A DNA stretch of 64,000 nucleotides, from NCBI GenBank assembly GCA_963743635.1, contig CAVUQO010000003.1, forward strand, positions 480,001-544,000, in the 5' to 3' direction. Under the pieces are notes generated by a model, which saw only the letters and a list, made by a program, of their open reading frames with translations, had not been told where the DNA came from and made no database searches. Position numbers and translations under genes: made by a program. This document shows, piece after piece, positions 51,500 through 61,119 of this stretch (positions are counted from its first letter, which is position 1; every line of letters starts with the position of its first letter). This DNA is from Candidatus Babeliales bacterium (lineage in GTDB: Bacteria > Babelota > Babeliae > Babelales > Vermiphilaceae).

Positions 51500-51790
51500 A
51501 TGATAATGCAATGTCGTAAATGTAAAAGAACTATGGATTTGTGGGAGTTTTTAACCTACATTGAAGCATTTTTCATAAAAATAATATCTGTGGCAGCGGT
51601 ACCTTTCCTAATTGATGCTATAAAAAATAAACTTTCGACCAGAGGAATAATTGATAGTAAGATGGCGGGACTTGCTAATAATTTTGAGATAATTTGTCCC
51701 AATTGCAAAAAGTATGTTTGTTGGGATTCTGCTGCGGAAATAGAGTCAATTCAATTGAATCAAGAACGGGAGTCAGAGTCATGCAAATGA
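51500..51790 (+). CDS. Small split zinc-ribbon protein
   Basis: CRKC..DLWEF ... CPNC..CW. Confidence 0.65.
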   Translation: MIMQCRKCKRTMDLWEFLTYIEAFFIKIISVAAVPFLIDAIKNKLSTRGIIDSKMAGLANNFEIICPNCKKYVCWDSAAEIESIQLNQERESESCK

Positions 51791-52233
51791 ACAAAAAAGC
51801 ATTTTATTTTTTGATACCAGCAATCATGGTTGTTAGTTCTTTGCAGAGCAAGCATGTTATGCATGATGATACGCAAGTGTATACACGTTCTGTAGTAGGC
51901 GATGCATTGAGAGCTATTTATTATCTATCCCTATTTGCTAGTGCCCATGAAGAATATCTTGCAAAAGGCAATGCTGAGCCTGCGATCATATGTAATCAGT
52001 GTGGAACAAAAATATTAGATTTGGGTGAATTTGAAGGAGGTCTCGTAGGAATTGCTTTGAGAGATTTAACTAAATATCAAGAGATGCAGTTGCTTTTTGA
52101 TGATTATCTGAAGATATTATCCAAAGGAATTCCTGCGGATATAATCTGTTATATGGTTCGCACATCAAATGATCTTAAGCAAGCTTGTTCTCATTGCGGG
52201 GAGCGGAGCTGTTCATGGAAAGAACTGGATTAA
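51787..52233 (+). CDS. Secreted split zinc-ribbon protein, related to upstream gene
   Basis: ATGA coupling; signal peptide; CNQC..DLGEF ... CSHC..CSW. Confidence 0.65.
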   Translation: MNKKAFYFLIPAIMVVSSLQSKHVMHDDTQVYTRSVVGDALRAIYYLSLFASAHEEYLAKGNAEPAIICNQCGTKILDLGEFEGGLVGIALRDLTKYQEMQLLFDDYLKILSKGIPADIICYMVRTSNDLKQACSHCGERSCSWKELD

Positions 52234-52248
52234 CCCATATAAAAAATT

Positions 52249-53019
52249 ATGATCATAGATTCCTCAGTCCAAACAATCATCATTCTCCGTGGCCAACAAC
52301 TCATTGAGCCCATCGATCTACGCACCCATGATGCGCAGGAGATACTCATCATCCTTGAACCCTCATCATCAGCAACGATCATCCATGGCAGCAATCCACA
52401 CGCTCGTGATATCACCATTACGCGCAACATCCACTGCATCGTGCATGAAAATGCATCATTAACCCTACAGTATGATGAATCATGGGATGATACTGTGCAT
52501 GCGATAACTGAAGTTTTTATTGAGCAAAAAGCATCAAGTAGTCTATACTATAAGCATTGCGTGACTGGTGGGGCGCGCGTGACGCAACGCCTTACGCTCA
52601 GAGCAGCAGGGAGTGATTCATACGCAGATATTCGCGGCAGATATGCACTCACTGGCAATGGATTAGCGGATATGACCACCCTCCAACATCATGATGCCCC
52701 GCACACCAAAAGTAATCTGCTTTTTAAAAGCATTGTGCGCGATACCGCGCAAATGATGCATAATGGTACCATTGTGATCACGAAAAATGGTGCGCATACC
52801 GAAAGTGCACAACACACGCATACATTGCTTTTAAGTAATGGTGCGCGGGCAATCTCAGTGCCTAACATTGAAGTGTTAACGCATGAAGTGCAGTGTGGGC
52901 ACGGCAGTGCAATCGGGCGGCTCGATGAAGAACAGGTCTGGTATCTGCAAGCGCGTGGATTATCGTATGCGCAGGCAGAAGAATGTTTAATCAATGGATT
53001 TTTTTACGACGTTTTATAG
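52249..53019 (+). CDS. sufD: Fe-S assembly protein SufD (short form)
   Basis: QHHDAPHTKS, TLLLS, SVPNIEV, VQCGHGSAIG, YLQARG, LINGF. Confidence 0.9.
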   Translation: MIIDSSVQTIIILRGQQLIEPIDLRTHDAQEILIILEPSSSATIIHGSNPHARDITITRNIHCIVHENASLTLQYDESWDDTVHAITEVFIEQKASSSLYYKHCVTGGARVTQRLTLRAAGSDSYADIRGRYALTGNGLADMTTLQHHDAPHTKSNLLFKSIVRDTAQMMHNGTIVITKNGAHTESAQHTHTLLLSNGARAISVPNIEVLTHEVQCGHGSAIGRLDEEQVWYLQARGLSYAQAEECLINGFFYDVL

Positions 53020-53030
53020 GGAACAAAATC

Positions 53031-53909
53031 ATGCAAAATAAGAAATACATACTACTACTCAGCTCACTCATCGCATGCACCGGCATGGCTATGGACAATT
53101 CAGAAAACTCATTGCCTAAATGGGTCACATATTATAACAAATTTAACGCTCAACGTAGGGTGTGCGACCAGATATACGATGCAGTGCAAAATCTTAAAAA
53201 TAGAGGCCAATTGACGCCCGAAATGTTGTTGCCAAAAATGCAGGATGCATTGACATCGGGAGGGAGTGAGGAATTTAGACGTCTATTCCGTGCGCTTAGG
53301 AGGGTAGAATTGGAGATACAACCATTCCTTCAAATGAGGATTGATGATGCAGGTGGGCGAATAGCAACGATAGAAAAGACTCAAGAGCAATCGAGGTTAT
53401 TGAGTGTATGGACAGAAATGCCTGCAGTTTCCATCTGGTCCAAAATTTCGCTTGACGCATATAAAGAATGCAAATCAATAGTTATAACGGGAGACTCGGC
53501 ATGGGCAAAACAGGAGACAGATCTTGGTTCTTCTTTGCGCAATAAAGAAATTGAATGCATGAAGTGGAATGAGAATGCTACGAAATTGTTTTTATACATT
53601 AAAAATGGATATTCGCCGCTTACAAGTGAGTATTCGCCGCATGCATTTGATGGTGCAACTCTCGCGCCTGTTGATGTACATGAAACTGAACGAGTAACTA
53701 TTGACAAAATAGGAGAAATCACCAAGGGAAGCTTGGTTCCGACTTTTCAGGGTTATTTGCATACGTATTTTGGTCCTAGCAAATATAATGTCGATAGATG
53801 GATTACCATAGACCAAAGGGCGAACTCAAAGGCCGCAGAAATAACCATCGAAGATTGTCCCTCCTTAGAGCACATTGCGCACCATTTATGCGCAGAAGCT
53901 CAAAATTAG
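53031..53909 (+). CDS. Secreted hypothetical protein (degenerate propeller-like)
   Basis: Leader KYILLLSSLIACTGMA|MD; shares TIEK, VSIWS and C-terminal P..E.IA..L with the next gene. Confidence 0.7.
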   Translation: MQNKKYILLLSSLIACTGMAMDNSENSLPKWVTYYNKFNAQRRVCDQIYDAVQNLKNRGQLTPEMLLPKMQDALTSGGSEEFRRLFRALRRVELEIQPFLQMRIDDAGGRIATIEKTQEQSRLLSVWTEMPAVSIWSKISLDAYKECKSIVITGDSAWAKQETDLGSSLRNKEIECMKWNENATKLFLYIKNGYSPLTSEYSPHAFDGATLAPVDVHETERVTIDKIGEITKGSLVPTFQGYLHTYFGPSKYNVDRWITIDQRANSKAAEITIEDCPSLEHIAHHLCAEAQN

Positions 53910-54051
53910 AGCACATAATGTGTGCATAATGGCTCAAAAGCCGAGCTTCTTTATGAGCTCATGGTAAAATAATTTAAAAATTGCGAGCATTAAAAGACGT
54001 GCATCGACGATGTGAGCAAGTTCAGAAAGGAGAATAAAAGGAGAGGAAGGT

Positions 54052-55068
54052 ATGAGTGCTCAGAAATATAGAGTATTACTCAGCTTATTCATTGCATGCA
54101 CCAGCATGGGCATGTCAGAAGATCTCGTAATATGTCCCAGCATGGTACGCAACTGCATTGAAGAGTCGATTCAATGTGGCAGGTTAACGACGTATGATGA
54201 AATATATAATGCCTTAAACCGCTATTCTGCGCTTAAAGATGCAATCTGCGCATCGTATAAAAATGAACTTCATCAATCCTTAAATCCGCATGATGGCGCT
54301 CACATTGAATCAGTGACCATCGAAAAATCTGCAGAAGATACTGCCCAAACGTTATGTTTTGCGAGTGCTCAACAAGTTTCTATATGGAGCCAGGATAGTG
54401 AGCACGGAAAATGGGAAAAAGATTCTTTTTTCAAGATCAATGTACCATCGATACATTTAACGTATGCGCGACTTTTGAATGATTATCGTCTCATGGTTGG
54501 TGCGTATAATGAAAAAGGAAAATTCGCAAAATTATTATTTTTCAACAAAGATCAGAAGGCACAAAATCCCAAAGAGCCATGGCTGGGCGATCAAAAAATC
54601 ATAATTCCGGTCGTCGGTAAAATTATTGCTGCAGCCTTTTCCCCTCGTGGCCTGCGTTGTGCGATAAGTAGTCAGGATTCATGGAATGAAAGCGCCTATC
54701 ACATTCATTTTTTTCAAAAACAATATGCACTGTTACCGGATCCCAGCGAAGTATATCAGCACGAAGGTACATTTCCCCTCGATGAGCGCGTTGAGGATTT
54801 GGCATGGAAGGGAGAGGATAATTTGGTTATGCGGAAAGATGCCAATGAGTATCGGCACGTGCGCTGGCAGCATAACACTATATCTGAGCCATGTGACATC
54901 GTTTCACCGGATTTGAAAGCAGTTGTAGATCAAAAACCATTCCGATTGGGATGGCATTATTCAAAACAAGGTTCTTCTGTGGGGGTAGGGTATATAGCGC
55001 CCACGGTCGAAACGATTGCAGATTACTTGTATCACACGTATTTGGCATTCAAAGACTGTGATGAATAA
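54052..55068 (+). CDS. Secreted WD40-like protein, paralog of 53031
   Basis: Leader KYRVLLSLFIACTSMG|MSE; AAAFSPRG, VEDLAWKG. Confidence 0.7.
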   Translation: MSAQKYRVLLSLFIACTSMGMSEDLVICPSMVRNCIEESIQCGRLTTYDEIYNALNRYSALKDAICASYKNELHQSLNPHDGAHIESVTIEKSAEDTAQTLCFASAQQVSIWSQDSEHGKWEKDSFFKINVPSIHLTYARLLNDYRLMVGAYNEKGKFAKLLFFNKDQKAQNPKEPWLGDQKIIIPVVGKIIAAAFSPRGLRCAISSQDSWNESAYHIHFFQKQYALLPDPSEVYQHEGTFPLDERVEDLAWKGEDNLVMRKDANEYRHVRWQHNTISEPCDIVSPDLKAVVDQKPFRLGWHYSKQGSSVGVGYIAPTVETIADYLYHTYLAFKDCDE

Positions 55069-55107
55069 GGCCTCCTCATAGGCCCTTTTTTATGCTATAC
55101 TAGGGAC

Positions 55108-56370
55108 ATGAAGACTATAAAAAACGATTTTCCTATCTTTCATAATCGATCCAAAAAAGATCGTCTGGTCTACCTGGATAACGCTGCCACTACCCATAAG
55201 CCGTATGCCGTGCTCAATGCTGAGCGGGATTTTTACGAAAACGGGTATGCAAGCGTTAAACGAGGCATCTATAAGAGTGGCGAACGGGCAACCGAAGCCT
55301 TTGAGGCTGCGCGTAACCGTGTGGCATCCTTTATAGGGGCTGAATATCCATCTGAGGTGGTCTTTACCTCGGGGGCTACTGAGAGCATTAACCTGATAGC
55401 AAAAGCGTGGGGTGAGCTGAATATAGGGCCTGGCGATGAGATTGTAATCAGTGAGCTCGAGCATCATGCGAATCTCTTGCCTTGGCAACGGCTGGCTGCC
55501 GATCGGGGAGCCTTCTTGCGCTACATACCGGTCAGCTTTGATGGCACACTTAGTTTAGCTGCAATCGACGATATCATTTCACCACGCACCAAATTGGTAG
55601 CAATTACTGCCACATCAAATGTCGTTGGTACGCAAACCGATATCATGCGCATTATGCAACGAGCGCGCGAAGTAGGCGCTAAAGTGCTTATCGATGCTGC
55701 GCAAGCAGTACCACATCAAAAAATTAACGTGCAAGAATTGGATTGTGATTTTCTCGTGTTTTCAGGACACAAAATGTTTGGGCCGACTGGTATCGGTATT
55801 GCCTATATCAACAAAAAAATTCACCATCAACTCCAACCCTATCGTTTGGGTGGCGGAATGGTGCACAGCGTGCATATGTATGATGCTGAATGGCTTTCGA
55901 TGCCTCATATGCTTGAAGCAGGCACTCCGCCTATCGCGCAAGCAATTGGGCTTGTTGCCGCAATCGATTATCTTGAACATACCATTGGCTATGCAGCATT
56001 AGCACGTCATGAACGCGCCTTAATGCATATGCTCATTGATGAATTAGAAACCATTACTGGAATTACAATTTTAGGTCCGGTGGACGAATTGCGCGAATCT
56101 GCGCATTTATTAAGTTTTATTGTAGATGGCATTCATGCGCATGACGTTGCGGCATATTTAGATTGCCATGGCATTGCAGTGCGCGCTGGCCATCATTGTG
56201 CACAACCATTGGCACAAAAATTGGGCATTACCGCATCAGTCCGCGTGAGTCTGTATGCGTATAACACCCATGATGATATTCAGGCATTGCTGAATGCATT
56301 AAAGCAGTTGGTTATGACATTTCCAAAGAGCTTCACGCTTTCCTGTGATGATAACAGTCCATATGCGTAA
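55108..56370 (+). CDS. sufS: Cysteine desulfurase
   Basis: YLDNAATT, EHHAN, DAAQ, FSGHKMFGPTG, RAGHHCAQP. Confidence 0.95.
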   Translation: MKTIKNDFPIFHNRSKKDRLVYLDNAATTHKPYAVLNAERDFYENGYASVKRGIYKSGERATEAFEAARNRVASFIGAEYPSEVVFTSGATESINLIAKAWGELNIGPGDEIVISELEHHANLLPWQRLAADRGAFLRYIPVSFDGTLSLAAIDDIISPRTKLVAITATSNVVGTQTDIMRIMQRAREVGAKVLIDAAQAVPHQKINVQELDCDFLVFSGHKMFGPTGIGIAYINKKIHHQLQPYRLGGGMVHSVHMYDAEWLSMPHMLEAGTPPIAQAIGLVAAIDYLEHTIGYAALARHERALMHMLIDELETITGITILGPVDELRESAHLLSFIVDGIHAHDVAAYLDCHGIAVRAGHHCAQPLAQKLGITASVRVSLYAYNTHDDIQALLNALKQLVMTFPKSFTLSCDDNSPYA

Positions 56371-56372
56371 AT

Positions 56373-56404
56373 AAAAAGGCGCCCTTTTTGGGAGCGCCTT
56401 TTTT
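56373..56404. terminator. Bidirectional terminator
   Basis: AAAAAGGCGC-loop-GCGCCTTTTTT. Confidence 0.75.
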
Positions 56405-56433
56405 GCTTTATACAATCTTATTTCTTAATTGTT

Positions 56434-57618
56434 TTAGTTTAATGTTTGCAGGTGCTGAGTAAGCTTTTCAAGTTTCGCATCAACAGTGCTCAATTGCTTA
56501 TCAACGTTGTTAATTTCAGATTTAGCAAGACCAATATTGTTGCGGCAGGTTACGAGTTCAACGATGCGTGATGGATCAACCTGCAAAGATTTCAAGTTGT
56601 TTTCGCCGCCACTGATATATGCGTCGAATGCTTCTTTTCTAAATGGATCACCGATTATGTATTCTATCTGGCGTACACACATTAGATCTTTTTCATTAGT
56701 TGTGGCTGTGCGTTTTGCAGCAAGACGTTTTAGGCATTCCGCATGCGATAGCATTACGCCGTCTTCATTATTAGAATCAAGATATGCATAGATTTGTTGA
56801 GGATCTTTAATATCACATTTTTTCAAATTTTCCGTAATCGTTTGATCTATAAAACGTCGCTCAAAATTTTCTGCTGCACGTTCCATATAGCAGGTGTACG
56901 TTGTGCTAATAGCTTCAAGCGTTTTAATCGGATCAAGACCATCAAGGTTAGCATTGATAATTTTTCGTAAATTTTCAGGTAATGATTGTTGAGCCTCTTC
57001 AAGTGCTTTAGATGCATCCATAATACGCGCTACGCGAATCTTATTAAGTGTTGAGCGTTTATCATTGAGGGCCTTAAGGAGCTCATTGATAGTGTCTTTA
57101 TCATGATAGAGATCTTGCCATGCATCGTTATCTTGTTCGGGATTATCTTGCCCTGAAATTTCTTTGATAGAGCCATGAATTTTTTTGGTTAAGAACTCAA
57201 GGATTGCAGGGTCTGTGGTAATTTCTTCCCAAGTCTGCAAGTCATGAGCATTATTATTATTGTTGTTTTGAGCTTGATTATCTGATTGCGTAAAAGCTTT
57301 TTCTAGATCAGCTCGGAGCCGATTTGAAAGAGCGGCGATACGTGTAGCGATTGTAGCAGATATGTCTGAAGCAATAGCAATAGCATTGTTAGCAGTAGTT
57401 GCTGCAAGCGCGATCCCCATTGAAATAGTGGGCGCTGTTTGGATTATTTGATGTGTAGTACGCGTTACAATTCCTGACGAGAGAGATGCTTCAGGGGCTA
57501 TACTAGCCGAGAGACTACCGGTATCGAATTTTTTCTTAATAAGTTGGCTGTTGTCTTGCATGGCATTAAGAGCACATGCATAAAGCACGGTTAACATGCA
57601 CAATAATAATTTTTTCAT
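56434..57618 (-). CDS. Secreted helical/coiled-coil protein
   Basis: GGAGG SD; signal peptide LNA|MQD; Ala/Thr-rich helix, poly-Asn, C-terminal heptads. Confidence 0.8.
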   Translation of the reverse strand: MKKLLLCMLTVLYACALNAMQDNSQLIKKKFDTGSLSASIAPEASLSSGIVTRTTHQIIQTAPTISMGIALAATTANNAIAIASDISATIATRIAALSNRLRADLEKAFTQSDNQAQNNNNNNAHDLQTWEEITTDPAILEFLTKKIHGSIKEISGQDNPEQDNDAWQDLYHDKDTINELLKALNDKRSTLNKIRVARIMDASKALEEAQQSLPENLRKIINANLDGLDPIKTLEAISTTYTCYMERAAENFERRFIDQTITENLKKCDIKDPQQIYAYLDSNNEDGVMLSHAECLKRLAAKRTATTNEKDLMCVRQIEYIIGDPFRKEAFDAYISGGENNLKSLQVDPSRIVELVTCRNNIGLAKSEINNVDKQLSTVDAKLEKLTQHLQTLN

Positions 57619-57841
57619 AGTAATAACCTCCTTGGGGTGAATCAGATTGGACAGTGCAATCTTGATTATATTACTATATTAACATATTTGATATTATTCG
57701 CAACCGGGTTAATTTCTACCTGTAATGGAAGGGTTTGCGGGTATGGGCGCTGATTTTGGGATTTGAGGGGTATAAATAGATAAGGCGTCCTCTGGAGATA
57801 TTGCCAGAGAACGCCTATTTTTTTAGCTGAATAAGGTACGT

Positions 57842-58192
57842 TTACTTAGTAGTAGCTGTGCCTAAGCTTTGAATGCCGATAGTAACGCCAGCCCAGAATG
57901 TTACTCCGCCTAATGCAGCGAGAGATAGCCATTTTGCAATGTGTTTAGTGTTATCAGCTTTAATTGCAGTATTTTCTTCTTTTGGGGTCTCGCAGAAGAG
58001 ATTTTTACATCCAAGGGTATACAAATATGCGCCCCCAAGTGCAAGTCCAGTTCCGCTCGCTGCATATACGAGTGATTTTGAAATTTCTTTTGCAAGTAAC
58101 GCTATTGCCTCATCATCAACATTAAATATCGCTGCTTGAGAAACAGGGGTATATAATGCGAATGCAATTATAAAAATACGCAATGATTTCAT
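57842..58192 (-). CDS. Small exported/membrane protein
   Basis: AGGAG SD; signal peptide plus two Gly-rich TM segments. Confidence 0.7.
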   Translation of the reverse strand: MKSLRIFIIAFALYTPVSQAAIFNVDDEAIALLAKEISKSLVYAASGTGLALGGAYLYTLGCKNLFCETPKEENTAIKADNTKHIAKWLSLAALGGVTFWAGVTIGIQSLGTATTK

Positions 58193-58334
58193 GTGGTCTC
58201 CTTGGTTACCTATAGTTTAAAGAGTATGTTTGAAATTCAGGGTAAGATTGTTTTTCCGTACAGTAGTATAACAAATAAAAATTCTAAAGCTACAGTTACA
58301 GGTTAAAATTAGCCAAGGCATTCGCTATGCAGAC

Positions 58335-58982
58335 TCACTCAATTTGTTTTTCTAAGTGCCTAATGATTACAAAAATAATGAGGCTCAAAATGGCAGCAAA
58401 GAAGCACCAGACGGAAAGCAAGCATACTCGATAGAATATATAGCTTATTGCGTATGAAGCTATGATGGTACCACCGAGAATATTCATGCCCCATAAAGAG
58501 CTGACAAAGAAGGGCAGTACTGCAGGAATCAAATAGAGCACCCCAAGGAAAGAATAAATTTCGCCGGGTATGGTTAGCGCATAGTAGATGTGATGACCTT
58601 CGATAGAAGGAGTTGCGCCATAGGTATAGAGGCACATGACCATAACAATAGAAAAAAAGCAGCCGAAGGTGAGCAGATTGACTAGGATCTTTTTCTGCAA
58701 GATGTGGGGTTCAAGAAGCGCAAGGCTTAACGGAATCCAAAGGGGCCACCAGATCAATGCGCAAAAGAGGAAGAAATAAGAGGCATACCATTGAATGCTT
58801 TCCCAGGCGGGATAGGTGAGAGATAGCCATACAAAGCCCTCAGATGCTTGCTGCAGAGCAAACATTAATGGTGAGCAGGCAAGTAGTAACATGGTGCGAT
58901 GTTTGGCTTCTTTGAAGCTAAGTAAACTTAAGACTGCGAGGATAGCGCTGGCGGCAAAGCTGGCGGTAGCTGAAAAACACAT
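58335..58982 (-). CDS. Membrane protein of the MCFSATASF (DUF6629-like) family
   Basis: MCFSATASF, QQASEGFVW, SVWCFFAA. Confidence 0.8.
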   Translation of the reverse strand: MCFSATASFAASAILAVLSLLSFKEAKHRTMLLLACSPLMFALQQASEGFVWLSLTYPAWESIQWYASYFFLFCALIWWPLWIPLSLALLEPHILQKKILVNLLTFGCFFSIVMVMCLYTYGATPSIEGHHIYYALTIPGEIYSFLGVLYLIPAVLPFFVSSLWGMNILGGTIIASYAISYIFYRVCLLSVWCFFAAILSLIIFVIIRHLEKQIE

Positions 58983-59254
58983 AATGGGGCTCCTTAAAGT
59001 GGGGGTGATTTGGGGACTTTTCTCTCGTGATGCATTTAAAGCAGTATCATAATTTTCTCTCTCAGGACAAGATTTTCATAATTATTGCGCATTCGATCTA
59101 AGAAAACTAAAAACTTCTCCGCGCCCCAATTTACTATTTCAGATAGATAATATATTACTTAAAAGCCCTTTGTATTGAATAAAAAGGGCTTCGTGGTATA
59201 ATTGTGTATAAGAAAAATTTATACTGTTTTTACTCAGGAAATGGAGTCTCTACT

Positions 59255-59983
59255 GTGAATCTCAAGCAATTATTATATGCAGCAATAACTGGTTTTTGTA
59301 TCGCTATGCCGTCCGCTATTCATGCCAATGAAGGTATGATGGAAGATATTCTTGCGATGCGTGATGGTGATACGGTTTTAACCTATGGTCAATTTAAAAG
59401 AACCGTTCAAGCGGCTGCTCTCGTGGGTATTTGTGGCTATGCAGCATTTCGTTATCATAAGAGTATTAAGCAAAGCCTTGTTCGTTTAGAAAATGGTCTG
59501 GCGCGCGTAGAGCATACACAGGGTAAACATACTAGTATGCTTGCTGATCTTCGAACTTATTTGCAACGGGTAGTGAACACTCAAGGTGCGCATACACAAC
59601 AGCTCAGTGCTATTCAGAAGGGCCAAAACACCTTGCTCGAGCGTTTAGAATCACATGCTAATCTTACTAAAGAACAGCTTGAGCAGATTTTTTCGCACAA
59701 TAAAACAGTAGAAAAGACACTTACGGGCATACACCAGGAAATGGGTACTATAAACCAAACCGTTGGTCGCCTTGGTACCGAATTAAATGGCATGCGCCAA
59801 GAAATGGGTAAACAAATCAGCGAAATCAGCACAGTAGGCGCCGAAAATACAAAAACGTTAAACGAGATCTTAAAGGAAGTAATGGCTCATCGCACTGAGG
59901 CCCAACAGGGGACCAATGCGTTGGGGCAAGGACTTAATGCCGTGTATAGTGCCGTACAAAAAAGATTGCAAAACGGTATCTAA
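59255..59983 (+). CDS. Exported coiled-coil protein
   Basis: GGAG SD before GTG 59255; signal peptide, TM segment, long heptad repeat. Confidence 0.75.
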   Translation: MNLKQLLYAAITGFCIAMPSAIHANEGMMEDILAMRDGDTVLTYGQFKRTVQAAALVGICGYAAFRYHKSIKQSLVRLENGLARVEHTQGKHTSMLADLRTYLQRVVNTQGAHTQQLSAIQKGQNTLLERLESHANLTKEQLEQIFSHNKTVEKTLTGIHQEMGTINQTVGRLGTELNGMRQEMGKQISEISTVGAENTKTLNEILKEVMAHRTEAQQGTNALGQGLNAVYSAVQKRLQNGI

Positions 59984-60198
59984 TAATCATTAGCCCAGGT
60001 TAACTCCGGTACAAAAAATATAAGAACAGCCGCTGGCGCCTAAAAGCTCCGGCGGCTGTTTTAATGTAAAAAAACTATATTGAAAATTTCCAGGTAGAGA
60101 CTTGCAGGTTCGAAGTGTGGGCGGTTGAATATAAGCCTAATTCATGTATAATTGTCTATAAGAAAATATTTAATGAATTATTAACCCAAAGGGACGGT

Positions 60199-60912
60199 AT
60201 GAATAAAAAATCAGGAATCTTGGCTATTATGCTTTCGCTTTCAATAGTTGGCTCAGCTCGTGCGGGTCTGGATAACTGGCTATTGGGCTCGATTGTGGTG
60301 ACCAACGTAGGACCATATGTGGGCGCGGCTGTTAATATGGCCACCAATATGGGCAACTTGTATCTGAACTATCGTAACGGTCAGAGAATTGAAACAGTTG
60401 GGCAAGAAATTAAGGCTGTCGGAACCAAAGTTGATGCAGTTGGTGCGAATGTAGTGAAGGTTGGCAACAAAGTTGATCGCACAAATACGCTCATGGGCGC
60501 GCTTCATCAAGAGACGAGAATAGGATTTGGAAATGTTAATGCGCAACTTGCAGAAAACAGTAACCAGATTCAGATCGTACACCGAAACATTGCGAATCTA
60601 GCAAGAGAACAACAAGCCAACATGGAAACTTTGACTGGGCAGTATGAAACAATCAGTGGCAGGCTTAGTCTTGTAGAAGCAGGTGTGCTTGGCGTGCATG
60701 ACCGTTTGGATGCGAATGCAAGAGATATGCAGGCATTGACGCGGAATGCAGCAGAAACACAATCAACTCTTAGAACGTTAAATGCAAGTGTTACTGAGTT
60801 CAAGGAATTTGTTCCAGCAGTGATGCGACAAATGGCCGCTCTTGAGGCATTAATGCAGACCATAGCTGCAAGACTCCCCGATAATACCGCGAAAAAAGAA
60901 TCGAATAACTAA
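60199..60912 (+). CDS. Exported coiled-coil protein
   Basis: Signal peptide ARA|G; V..VG.KV heptads; promoter and terminator resemble those of the 59255 gene. Confidence 0.75.
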   Translation: MNKKSGILAIMLSLSIVGSARAGLDNWLLGSIVVTNVGPYVGAAVNMATNMGNLYLNYRNGQRIETVGQEIKAVGTKVDAVGANVVKVGNKVDRTNTLMGALHQETRIGFGNVNAQLAENSNQIQIVHRNIANLAREQQANMETLTGQYETISGRLSLVEAGVLGVHDRLDANARDMQALTRNAAETQSTLRTLNASVTEFKEFVPAVMRQMAALEALMQTIAARLPDNTAKKESNN

Positions 60913-61119
60913 TTATTGAGCCTTAAAGGCTTATAGAAAAGACCGCTGGTGGGTACAAACTCTGGCGGTCTTTTTTTTGCCTGGTTGGTGCCTGATAGAT
61001 AAGAACTCCGCGTGGTTTGTGCTTGCGTACGGACGTGCTAGTATGGGTAGTAACTATTGAATGGTTGCAGTTGGTTGCTCCAGATAGTTCAGGCCAAAGT
61101 AATTCAGATAGGAGCGCCC

